Sequence record: SRR31156797_3828
DNA length: 53,431 nucleotides
Strand: one strand, 5' to 3'
The notes beneath the pieces were generated by a model that ran no database searches, was not told the origin of the DNA, and saw only the letters and a program-made list of their open reading frames with translations. Within the stretch, counting starts at the first letter, position 1, and every line of letters starts with the position of its first letter. Positions 40,704-49,479 of this stretch are shown here, in pieces. The position numbers and the translations under genes were made by a program.

Positions 40704-41170
40704 TATTGCAGGAATAGTTATCTTATTCGTGGCCACTGGTGGGCGTAAGCCTATAGAAAGTCATTTTGCAAAGTTAACTACATATTTCCAGGTATTTTCT
40801 TCGGATTGTCGGATTTTATACGAGAGAGAGGGGTTGGCTTTTAATGTATCTGATGGTGGTGGTGCTCCTGGAAACTAAAAAAATGAAACCATGAGAAAAT
40901 TGTCGATGGAAAGCATTTCTTATCTGTGTCAAAAGGAACGCTACTTAATAGAAACCTAAAGGTGACCGATTCATTTGGTCCAAGAATGTTTTATAGCCAG
41001 AGCGGAATGTTTGTTCAGTATATTGCACAAAACAACCCTCTGCTTTTTGAAAAATTTGTTATGGATCTGCAAACAGGAAAAACTTTAAAAAAGTTTTAAC
41101 AAAGTATTTAATTCAGATGTCAATGACGCTTTAGATAGCTATATTGAAAGACTAAGAAAAATACAGACCC
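40704..41170 (+). pseudogene. Fragmented gene, possibly an exported zincin-like peptidase
   Basis: Segments EGLAFNVSDGGGA*, ...PRMFYSQSGMFVQYI...LLFEKFV and FNKVFNSDV...IERLRK read across stops and frameshifts. Confidence 0.45.
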
Positions 41171-41190
41171 AGTCATTAAGCGCGGACAGC
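41161..41190 (+). repeat. attC-like left arm remnant
   Basis: ATACAGACCCAGTCATTAAGCGCGGAC at the 3' end of the decayed gene, cut directly by a REP-like element. Confidence 0.35.
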
Positions 41191-41256
41191 GGAGGTACCA
41201 CGTTTTCTTTAGCCAATTTCCAGTACACTGCGGAAAATGTGGTGCGCCCTTTATTT
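41191..41256. repeat. REP-like palindromic element (family 1)
   Basis: TACCACGTTTTC...GAAAATGTGGTGCGCCCTTTATTT; spacer similar to the copy at 42311. Confidence 0.7.
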
Positions 41257-41292
41257 ACAAGCCTATAAATATTTCAAACATTAATAGATTAA

Positions 41293-41733
41293 ATGAATAA
41301 AATTCAGGAAGCAGAAAAAAGATTTACTGAAGGGTTTTCATGTTCACAGGCAATCTTCTCTACGTATTGCGATGAATATAACATTGACCAGAAACTTGCT
41401 CTAGGTCTTTCTGCAGGTCTAGGAGGAGGTATTTGCATGGGAAGAACCTGTGGGGCTGTCACCGGTGCAATCCTGATAATAGGTCTTGCTTTAGGTGAGA
41501 ATAATCCTGAAACAAGTAAAGGTCGGAAAAATATAAAAAAAGCTGTTATTGAATTTACAAATATATTCAAAGAGTTAAACAAATCCACGGAATGTAAGGA
41601 ACTGCTGTCATATGATATTAGCACTCCTGAAGGGATGAAAGCAGCTATTGACAAGAAACTATTTAAAACAATTTGCCCAAAATTCATAAGAGATTCATCA
41701 GAAATATTAGAAGAAATTATCAACAAGAGCTAA
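41293..41733 (+). CDS. C_GCAxxG_C_C family putative redox-active protein
   Basis: GFSCSQA, GLGGG, TCGAVTG, C.ELL, ICP.F. Confidence 0.88.
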   Translation: MNKIQEAEKRFTEGFSCSQAIFSTYCDEYNIDQKLALGLSAGLGGGICMGRTCGAVTGAILIIGLALGENNPETSKGRKNIKKAVIEFTNIFKELNKSTECKELLSYDISTPEGMKAAIDKKLFKTICPKFIRDSSEILEEIINKS

Positions 41734-41751
41734 TTAAACGCTTCACCATCG
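41728..41751 (+). repeat. attC-like left arm remnant
   Basis: AGCTAATTAAACGCTTCACCATCG overlapping the stop; shares TTCACCATCG with the arm at 42236. Confidence 0.45.
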
Positions 41752-41836
41752 TCTATCTTCGACACGCTGAATCAACTGAAATTCGCCAAGGAATTTAACA
41801 CTTAATAATAACAACAAATAAAAGACATGCGCAGTC

Positions 41837-42241
41837 ATGGACGACAAAGAAGAAAAAAGAAAACAACTCATTGGTAAAATCTGCGAGTGGAAATCCCAGA
41901 GATATGGTGGTCAAAAACGATGGAGCCTCGTTCACCATTTCATGCTGTTTGGTTCCATTTTATCGAGCTTGTTGGCAGGGGCGTTGATTCAGCTGGAATA
42001 TACGATTTGGGCGATGATCTGCACAACAGTTGCAGCTGTCTTAACCGGTATAGCGTCCTCAGGTGGCTTTGAGAGAAAGTGGAAAAGCAACCGACTCAGT
42101 AGAAGCAGAGCAGATTGCCTACTCCTTGAACTTGATAATGAAGGAGCAGATTTAGATTCAATAAGAAAAAAATTTGCTGTTGCAATAGAAAAACATGATC
42201 TAGAAGTTGTTGGCGACAAAGGTGAGGAAACTGGAGCATAA
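41837..42241 (+). CDS. Two-TM SLATT/DUF4231-like membrane protein
   Basis: N-terminal helix, two TM helices, then FERKWKSNRLSRSRAD.L and a helical tail. Confidence 0.6.
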   Translation: MDDKEEKRKQLIGKICEWKSQRYGGQKRWSLVHHFMLFGSILSSLLAGALIQLEYTIWAMICTTVAAVLTGIASSGGFERKWKSNRLSRSRADCLLLELDNEGADLDSIRKKFAVAIEKHDLEVVGDKGEETGA

Positions 42242-42263
42242 CAAAACATTTCACCATCGCTCC
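42236..42263 (+). repeat. attC-like left arm (R''/L'')
   Basis: GCATAAC-AAAAC-ATTTCACCATCGCTCC; the gene stop TAA lies inside the R'' box as in integron cassettes. Confidence 0.6.
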
Positions 42264-42310
42264 ACTACATTTCGTTGGAATCGCCTAACATCCCGGCAAT
42301 ATTCAAGTAC

Positions 42311-42382
42311 AACTAGGCGACGCACTGCGTTTTCCTTAGCTGATTTACCACTGCGCTGTGAAACACGTGGTGCATGCCATAT
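42311..42382. repeat. REP-like palindromic element (family 1)
   Basis: AACTAGGCGACGCACTGCGTTTTCC-TTAGCTGATTTACCACTGCGCTGTG-AAACACGTGGTGCATGCCATAT. Confidence 0.7.
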
Positions 42383-42611
42383 GTCTTCTTTCCTTTTCCA
42401 GTTTACTGGTCAAGAGCAAGCGGGCAGCAAGTTGGCCTTTCAGCCGGGTAACGGCTTCGTCCAGCATGGTGCTTCACCATGTATCGCTGCTGATTAATTA
42501 CATCAATAATCATTTGAACATATTGATACTTCTGAATTAATGAATAAGCTATTCAACTCATCGAGTGATTCAAATAACTGATCCATATAACCTAATCCTA
42601 AAGTGGAACCA

Positions 42612-44297
42612 ATGGAAGACCTCAACCTATTGACGCGATTTATAGAGCTTATGCACCAACAGCATACGTTGATGCTTTTTTTCATTCTAGGACTTGGTTA
42701 TTTAATCGGCAATATACGGGTTGGCAGTTTTTCTTTAGGCCCTGTGGCAGGTGTTTTGTTTGCCGGTTTGTTTTTTGGCTATTTTGATTTTCGAATAACC
42801 GCCGGGGCACAATCAGTTGGGTTCGCGTTGTTTATATTCTCTGTCGGTTACCAAGCAGGCCCGAGGTTTTTTGATGTACTGCGAACAGATGGCTTGAAGT
42901 ATTTCACCCTTGCTGCTGTTATTGCTGTGACCGGTTTTTCCGTGGCGCTACTGGCTACTAAACTGCTTTCACTATCACCAGGAACCTCTGCAGGGTTACT
43001 CGCTGGAGGCCTGACAAGTTCACCTACCCTGGCAGCAGCACAGGAAGCTATCAGAAGTGGCCAGATCCCACTACCTGAAGGGATAACCGCTGATGAAATG
43101 ATTGGTAATGTCGCGACCGGCTACGCCATTACCTATATATTTGGTCTTGCGGGATTGATTGCGATCATCAAACTCTTACCGGGTGTCCTGGGAATTGATC
43201 TAAAAAAACAGTCGGCTGACGTGGAAAACCAAAGTTCCGAAAGCGATGAACCTATAGATCGGAATTATTCCACGCGGGCTTTCAGGGTGGTAGACGATAA
43301 GGCAACCACTTTGTCAGCAGATGAGATAAAAAAACGATATTGGGACAAAACAGCAGTTTTCCGCGTTGTCAGGGACAAAAACATCCTTAGTGAAGGTGAT
43401 ACTGATCACCTGCAACTAGGCGATGAGATCTACATATTAGCAGGTACTCGTTTTTTTACTGATATCTTACCAGAGTTTGCAGCCTACTGTGAAGAGATCA
43501 ATCCATCGGTGGATATTAGCGAGTACACTCAAACTGCTCAAATTGTTGTGATCAACAAGAATATTATTGGTATGTCTCCCGATGACCTCGACATTCCTAC
43601 CACCTATGGTGTTTTGATTACCAGTGTAGTTCGTATGCGACTGGAGATGCCTCATTCGCCGGATCTAAAAATTCGAAAAGGCGACATCCTTAATGTGGTT
43701 GGCTCAATCAACAACATTGAAAAATTAGGCGAAGAGCTTGGTCATGTTGAAAAAGAGATTGCTGAAACAGATATGGTAACCTTCTGTTTCGGGATCTGCT
43801 TCGGCGTACTTATTGGTCTGTTCGCCATCAATGTCGGCCAACTCTCCATCGGGCTTGGTTCGGCCGGAGGACTTCTTTCAGCTGGTTTGATCATTGGTTA
43901 TTTACGTAGTGTTTCACCAACTTTCGGCCGGCTTCCAGATGCGGCACGTTGGATTTTAATGGAATTGGGACTTCTGCTATTTATGGCAGGAGTTGGTCTC
44001 AGGGCAGGTGGTGACATCATTGAGACCTTTATGGCAGCTGGCCCCCTCCTGATAATCGCCGGGGTTATGGTAACGACCATACCGATTTTGGTTGGTTACT
44101 TTTTTGGACGAAAAGTGCTTAAAATCCATCCGGTTTTGCTGTTTGGCGGTATCTGTGGATCAATGACCAGTGGCGCTTCGCTCAGCGTCGTAACCAAGGA
44201 AGCCGACAGTGCAATACCATCTCTTGGCTATACCGGTGCATATGCCTTTGCCAATGTTTTACTTACCATTGCCGGGAGTGTGATTTTATTTTTTTAA
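42612..44297 (+). CDS. AspT/YidE/YbjL family antiporter with TrkA-C domains
   Basis: GFALFIFSVGYQAGPRFF, AGGLTSSPTLAAA, GSAGGLL, GYTGAYA; two membrane blocks around a soluble region. Confidence 0.9.
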   Translation: MEDLNLLTRFIELMHQQHTLMLFFILGLGYLIGNIRVGSFSLGPVAGVLFAGLFFGYFDFRITAGAQSVGFALFIFSVGYQAGPRFFDVLRTDGLKYFTLAAVIAVTGFSVALLATKLLSLSPGTSAGLLAGGLTSSPTLAAAQEAIRSGQIPLPEGITADEMIGNVATGYAITYIFGLAGLIAIIKLLPGVLGIDLKKQSADVENQSSESDEPIDRNYSTRAFRVVDDKATTLSADEIKKRYWDKTAVFRVVRDKNILSEGDTDHLQLGDEIYILAGTRFFTDILPEFAAYCEEINPSVDISEYTQTAQIVVINKNIIGMSPDDLDIPTTYGVLITSVVRMRLEMPHSPDLKIRKGDILNVVGSINNIEKLGEELGHVEKEIAETDMVTFCFGICFGVLIGLFAINVGQLSIGLGSAGGLLSAGLIIGYLRSVSPTFGRLPDAARWILMELGLLLFMAGVGLRAGGDIIETFMAAGPLLIIAGVMVTTIPILVGYFFGRKVLKIHPVLLFGGICGSMTSGASLSVVTKEADSAIPSLGYTGAYAFANVLLTIAGSVILFF

Positions 44298-44579
44298 ACC
44301 ATTGTTATGCGGCAACCAGTTCCTTGAGAAGGATATCCAACATCTCACTGTCCAGATACTCTACACGGACTCGTTACAGTTCTCGTGTGCCACGAAATTT
44401 TTCAAAGAATGAAGAAGAGCATCTGAAGGCGAAGTTCGACCTGTGTTCGGGTTAGAATTACACCAATATGAGGTACAGAGCCGAATCAACACGTAGTATA
44501 ATGATGAAGCCTCTGCAAGAGCAGTAGGCCCCTTTTTTCAATGACTTGAACCATTCTACGAAAAAAACAAAGGAGTTGA

Positions 44580-45407
44580 GTGGTAAAAGACAATTACAAA
44601 CTAACAATATTGGGCGGCAATGGATGGATTCCGGCCTTTGACAGACACACCTGCTGCTATGCTCTGGAGTTAGGCGATTATTTATTCATTTTTGATCTTG
44701 GTTCCGGAGCCTGCAGGCTCGGCGATTTTTATCCACCTCAAAAACTATTACGTTTTAAGAAGATAAACATTTTTTTATCGCATTATCACCTTGATCACAT
44801 AACTGGCATCACCTATCTGCCGTTATATCTGAAAGGTTGTAGAGTAACTATTTTTGGCCCTGGTAAGAATATCTATGGGAAGAGCACAGAAAGAATCCTT
44901 TCCACCCATCTTGAAAAACCATATTTTGCCCTGCCATTGGTTGACTACCCTATGGATTTATCCTTTGTTGATATTGAGTTAGGAAAAAATGAAATAGCAG
45001 GGGTCGAAGTAAGCACATTGCTCCAGAATCACAGTGACCCCACAATTGGATACAGAATAGGCGATCATCTCGCATATATAACAGACACTGCCTGTTCCCC
45101 AGATACGATAGATTTTGTTCATGGTACCAAGATACTGTTGCATGAAACCTGGTTTGACAATCTTGAATACAATGCACTTAACCAAAGAAACAGCAGCGTC
45201 ACAGAAGATGTATCAATTGCATTACGCTCACATGCAAATATTGATTGGGTTACACAAGTGGCCAACAAGGCACAAGTAAACAAGTTATTTTTGATACATT
45301 TAAATCCATCATACAATGACGAGAGAATAAGCCAAATGCTGACTTATGCAAAAACGTCTTTTGTTGAAACATATCTGGCAATTGACGGCACGACTCTCTC
45401 CATATAA
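44580..45407 (+). CDS. Metallo-beta-lactamase-fold hydrolase (RNase Z/phosphodiesterase-like)
   Basis: DLGSG, SHYHLDH, YITDT, HET, LIHLNP; GTG start with AAGGAG RBS. Confidence 0.85.
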   Translation: MVKDNYKLTILGGNGWIPAFDRHTCCYALELGDYLFIFDLGSGACRLGDFYPPQKLLRFKKINIFLSHYHLDHITGITYLPLYLKGCRVTIFGPGKNIYGKSTERILSTHLEKPYFALPLVDYPMDLSFVDIELGKNEIAGVEVSTLLQNHSDPTIGYRIGDHLAYITDTACSPDTIDFVHGTKILLHETWFDNLEYNALNQRNSSVTEDVSIALRSHANIDWVTQVANKAQVNKLFLIHLNPSYNDERISQMLTYAKTSFVETYLAIDGTTLSI

Positions 45408-45494
45408 AAAGCCTTGTTACTGCACAAAACCCTTAAAAACGGTTTAGCTGTCAATCTGTTAGCCTCAGTTACTTCTTTAAAAAGGATTGGTGAA

Positions 45495-45854
45495 ATGAAT
45501 CAACATGAGCGAATCAATTACGTTGAATTTCCAGCAAGAGACATTCAAGCGACAAAGGCTTTTTTCAAACAGGCTTTTGCTTGGGATTTTCAAGACTTTG
45601 GCCCAGAATACTCCTCATTTTCTAACCAAGGTCTGGATGGAGGTTTCTTTAAATCGGAGATGAGTTCTTGCACGGATAATGGTGCAGCTCTCCTGGTGTT
45701 TTACAGTAAAGACCTAGAAGCCACTCAAAACAAAATTGAAAAAGCGAACGGCCTTATTATAAAACCAATTTTTACATTTCCAGGCGGTCGACGTTTCCAC
45801 TTTACAGAGCCAAGTGGTAATGAATTTGCGGTATGGTCAGATAACAATGCCTGA
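45495..45854 (+). CDS. VOC/glyoxalase family protein
   Basis: INYVEFPA.D..ATKAFF, FPGGRRFHF.EPSGNEFAVWS; preceded by GTTAGCC (45458) and ending in GCCTGACAAGGCATTC (attC-like ends). Confidence 0.9.
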   Translation: MNQHERINYVEFPARDIQATKAFFKQAFAWDFQDFGPEYSSFSNQGLDGGFFKSEMSSCTDNGAALLVFYSKDLEATQNKIEKANGLIIKPIFTFPGGRRFHFTEPSGNEFAVWSDNNA

Positions 45855-45924
45855 CAAGGCATTCGGACTGAAGTTATCGCCACTCAATTTATAGCGACGC
45901 TGAAAAAAGGACCTAGACTTCCAA

Positions 45925-46515
45925 ATGAAAATATCTGTAATTCTTGCCCACCCTACCCCCTCAAGTTTCAACCATGCAATCGCTGAACGAACCGTGGCAA
46001 CCCTTAAGAAAAAAGGGATTGAGGTATTCTTTCACGATTTATATAAAGAGAAATTTGACCCTCTTTTACCAGCTGAAGAAATCCCTAAAGACGCCTTCCT
46101 TTCAGACACCATTAAAAAACATTGCAAACAAGCATCAGAAGCTGATGGCTTTGTAATTATACACCCAAATTGGTGGGGAACTCCGCCTGCGATCCTAACA
46201 GGATGGGTAGATAGAATAATGCGACCTGGTATTGCATATGAATTCTTAGAAAATGACAATGGAGAGGGAGTGCCAAACGGGTTGCTCAATGCCCAGAAAG
46301 CTCTTGTTTTTAACACATCGAACACCGAAACCGAACGGGAAAAAAAGGTTTTTCTCGATCCCCTAGAAACTATTTGGAAAAATTGCATTTTTGATTTGTG
46401 CGGTGTCCATGAATTTCACCGTAAAATGTTCAATATAATAGTTACAAGCAGCATAGGACAAAGGGAAGTTTGGCTACAAGAAGTTGAAGAAACAGTTGCC
46501 TCATTTTTCAGCTGA
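45925..46515 (+). CDS. NAD(P)H-dependent oxidoreductase, flavodoxin-like fold
   Basis: AHP...SFNHA, DLY...FDP, P.WWG.PPAIL.GWVDR. Confidence 0.9.
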   Translation: MKISVILAHPTPSSFNHAIAERTVATLKKKGIEVFFHDLYKEKFDPLLPAEEIPKDAFLSDTIKKHCKQASEADGFVIIHPNWWGTPPAILTGWVDRIMRPGIAYEFLENDNGEGVPNGLLNAQKALVFNTSNTETEREKKVFLDPLETIWKNCIFDLCGVHEFHRKMFNIIVTSSIGQREVWLQEVEETVASFFS

Positions 46516-46520
46516 TAGAA

Positions 46521-46557
46521 AAACAGGGGACATGCCGCGTTTGCTCATCCCCTGTTT
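46521..46557. repeat. REP-like palindromic element (family 1), collapsed copy; may also act as terminator
   Basis: AAACAGGGGACATGCCGCGTTT...TCCCCTGTTT, 5 nt after the stop codon. Confidence 0.5.
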
Positions 46558-46759
46558 GCTATTTTCAACCAAATGCTCAACCTGGGCAGCACCTCCTGCA
46601 GAGAAACGGTTAAGGTGCAAACCCCGTTTGATAGCATGTTCCCTTCCCTGGAGGTTTATCCATAAATGAAACCATTAAAAGGCCCCCCTTTTTGTAAACA
46701 GACGCTATCCATTCAACAGTAGCAGACAAATGACAAACCTTTAGGCGTAAGCAGAAAAT

Positions 46760-47263
46760 ATGATGATAAGAAAAGCAACAAAAGAAGACTCGCTTAACTT
46801 AGCGGCCTTATCCATTCAAGTCTGGTTACACACCTATGCAGCAAGTGGTATTCGCAATGAAATATCTTACTTTGTGCTTGATACCTTCACGCCAGCATAT
46901 TTCGAAAACATTATAGAAAATCCAAATTATCGAGTTTATGTTGCCATAGAAGACAACCACCTCGTTGGTTATGTAACCGCGCATCTTGCATCATTCTGGC
47001 AAGATGCGCTAAACGGCTACGAAATTGATAAATTATATGTACTGGAACACTTTCAGGGAATAGGCCTTGGCAAACGCCTGCTTGCATAGATATCGGCACA
47101 ATGCGGTGGTACGTTTTGGCTCTCGACCTGGAAGTACAATCATAAAGCGATTGGTTTTTATGAGCGTCTTGGTTTCGTCGACATAGGGACCAGGTTTTTT
47201 GAATTTGGGGGCGAAACGCATGAAAATTGTGTTCTGGCCATCAAACAAGGCCAGGGAATGTGA
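46760..47263 (+). pseudogene. GNAT acetyltransferase interrupted by an in-frame TAG (47087-47089)
   Basis: Motif A FQGIGLGKRLL then TAG; the same frame continues ISAQCGGTFWLSTWKYNHKAIGFYERLGF...HEN to TGA at 47263. Confidence 0.8.
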
Positions 47264-47291
47264 TTTTTTATAAAATCAATAGAGGGTGAAA

Positions 47292-48239
47292 ATGACAGAA
47301 CGAAGTGGTCTACTTTTCTCAACCTGTGGCAATTTACTGATCGGAGTTGTTGGCGTTACGGTCGCTCTCCTGAGCCATTCACAGGCCATCCTCCTGGACG
47401 GCTTATTCAATCTCACCTATTTGGCCACCGGACTCTTTACCCTCCGAGTGGTACGCCTTGTCCATCGGGGAGACGATGAACGCTTTCCAGCAGGCTATGG
47501 TTTTTTTGAGCCGCTTATCAACGGTATTAAGGGCTTGATGGTTCTGGGTGTATCAGCCATGGCACTGGTTGGGTCGATTGAAGCATTGATATCTGGCGGT
47601 AGGGCTATAGCACCTGGCCTGGCAACCATCTATGGTATTATCGCCACTGTCATCTGTTGGTCCATGGCTCTGATTACCCACCGTGGAGCTACCCGCACAG
47701 CGAGTCCCCTGCTCAAGGCAGATGCTGAAAACTGGCTGGTCAACGGTGCAATTTCTTCAGCAGTCCTGCTTGCTTTTATCAGTATTTTTCTTATTCAACA
47801 AACCCGGTTTTCAGGCTTCGTCCCTTATATCGATCCACTATTGGTACTCAGCGTTGTCTTGCTTTCTATATCCGTACCGATCCGGATGGCGTGGAATGCA
47901 TTGATGGAATTGCTCAACCGAGCCCCTTCCAGTGAAATAACCACCCAAGTTGAAAGTATTATAGCACAGTGCATAGAAGGGTTACCGGTGCAGGAACTGT
48001 TTGTCCGTGTCCTGCAGCCGGGACGCAGCCGAATTGTGTCAGCGCATGTTGTATTGCCACCTGATTTTCAGGTCGGCAACCTCACCGCTTTAGATAACAT
48101 CAGAGAGTGTACCCTTACAGAGCTTAAAAAAATACATTCCTCAACCATGGTGGACATGCTCTTCACCGCAGACAGATCTTGGGGAGCCCCAGCTTTGGAA
48201 AATAAACAGCCAATAATAGAAGATCCTTTCAAATACTAG
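47292..48239 (+). CDS. Cation diffusion facilitator family transporter
   Basis: SQAILLDGLF, D.RFP.GY..FEP, L.ADA..W, YIDP; six TM helices plus cytoplasmic C-terminal domain. Confidence 0.85.
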   Translation: MTERSGLLFSTCGNLLIGVVGVTVALLSHSQAILLDGLFNLTYLATGLFTLRVVRLVHRGDDERFPAGYGFFEPLINGIKGLMVLGVSAMALVGSIEALISGGRAIAPGLATIYGIIATVICWSMALITHRGATRTASPLLKADAENWLVNGAISSAVLLAFISIFLIQQTRFSGFVPYIDPLLVLSVVLLSISVPIRMAWNALMELLNRAPSSEITTQVESIIAQCIEGLPVQELFVRVLQPGRSRIVSAHVVLPPDFQVGNLTALDNIRECTLTELKKIHSSTMVDMLFTADRSWGAPALENKQPIIEDPFKY

Positions 48240-48282
48240 GTACAGGTCCTCTCAAAAGCTTCAATTACACCCTTTTTTTTTA

Positions 48283-49455
48283 TTACCTGCCTACACCTGT
48301 AGCAACACGGGGCGGAATAGTCCCCCTTCTGTGCTTCTCCATTACCGGAAGCCACCAATGATGGGTGTAGACCTCCTCTGAATAATTAACCACCTGTCCT
48401 ATTTCCGGGGTGGAGACATGCACATTTCTTTTCCAGGCCTCGCTTGTCAATCGCTCAATAGGCTCATACCAGGGGTGAAGAGCCAAATTAAAAGTGGCCC
48501 AATGCACTGGTTGCAATACCGCGCCGCCAAGATCAAGGAATGCCTGTACAGTCTGCTCGGGCAGCATGTGAACATTTTTCCACCTTTTATCGTAGGCACC
48601 GCACTCCAGAAAGGCGACATCAAAAGGCCCGTATTTCTGGCCGATTTCCTTGAAACCAGCAAAATACCCAGTATCACCACTAAAAAACACTTTATGTTCG
48701 GCTGACTGAATAACCCACGATGCCCACAGGGTCTTATTCCTGTCAAACAAGCCCCTTCCTGAAAAATGCTGAGCCGGTGTTGCAGCTATGGTTAAATGAT
48801 TTTTATAGTGATATTCATCCCACCAGTTCAGCTCCACAATTTTACTTTCAGGAACACCCCAGTCATGCAAGCGGTTACCAACACCAACCGGCACAATAAA
48901 AACACCCGCTTTGCTGCTGAGTTGCAGGATAGAAGATTTGTGGAGATGGTCGTAGTGGTCATGGGAAACGATTACTACATCGATAGTTTCCAGGTCGCTC
49001 ATGTCCAGCGGTAACTGTGTATTGAACCTGGAAGGGCCAATGGGAGAAACCTTGTCTGTAAAAACAGGATCTGTCAGGACAGTATAACCGCTTATGCTGA
49101 TGAGCAGAGAGGAATGTCCAAGCCACGATGTTTTAAGTTCTTTTCCGTCACCACCCAGGAGTTGGCCCATTGCAACCTGCTGCTGTGGTAGCGGCTCTTT
49201 TGGAAATTTATCTCCTTTTTCAAAAAAGAATTCCCAATACATTCCCACATTTTCTTGGAGCGACATTTTATTCATTATTTCTTGGTTCTCATTCGCAATT
49301 TGTGATTTTGAGTGAACAATACTTGATGTGTTCTTTGATGTTTCTTGTCCAGGTTTGGTAGAGGTGCATGCCCCGATAGATGACATTACGATAACTCCTG
49401 TAAGAAGCGATAAGAGTAAGGTCTTTGGTTTTAAGAAATATAAATGAACATTCAT
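48283..49455 (-). CDS. MBL-fold hydrolase (RomA/NAPE-PLD-like), probable lipoprotein
   Basis: WLGHSS, SHDHYDHL, PAQHFSGRG, LWASW, GDTGY, PVHWATF; lipobox-like IGAC. Confidence 0.88.
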   Translation of the reverse strand: MNVHLYFLKPKTLLLSLLTGVIVMSSIGACTSTKPGQETSKNTSSIVHSKSQIANENQEIMNKMSLQENVGMYWEFFFEKGDKFPKEPLPQQQVAMGQLLGGDGKELKTSWLGHSSLLISISGYTVLTDPVFTDKVSPIGPSRFNTQLPLDMSDLETIDVVIVSHDHYDHLHKSSILQLSSKAGVFIVPVGVGNRLHDWGVPESKIVELNWWDEYHYKNHLTIAATPAQHFSGRGLFDRNKTLWASWVIQSAEHKVFFSGDTGYFAGFKEIGQKYGPFDVAFLECGAYDKRWKNVHMLPEQTVQAFLDLGGAVLQPVHWATFNLALHPWYEPIERLTSEAWKRNVHVSTPEIGQVVNYSEEVYTHHWWLPVMEKHRRGTIPPRVATGVGR

Positions 49456-49479
49456 TTAATCACTGAAGGTAAATAAGAA

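Noticed and set aside
40687-40878. 63-aa ORF as an intact gene
   Set aside because: Its start lies inside a palindrome; treated as part of a pseudogene.
41293-41733. Selenoprotein version of the C_GCAxxG_C_C protein
   Set aside because: All motif positions are Cys codons; no in-frame TGA.
40643-42382. Family 1 repeats as a CRISPR array
   Set aside because: Copies are divergent and separated by whole genes (0.5-1.1 kb); no cas genes.
44400-44540. Riboswitch upstream of the MBL hydrolase
   Set aside because: Only a TATAAT box and a small hairpin with a T run; no aptamer consensus I can support.
39000-47300. Integron integrase, transposase, prophage or tRNA target at the island
   Set aside because: No tyrosine recombinase, DDE or HUH ORF, phage gene or tRNA was recognisable on either strand.
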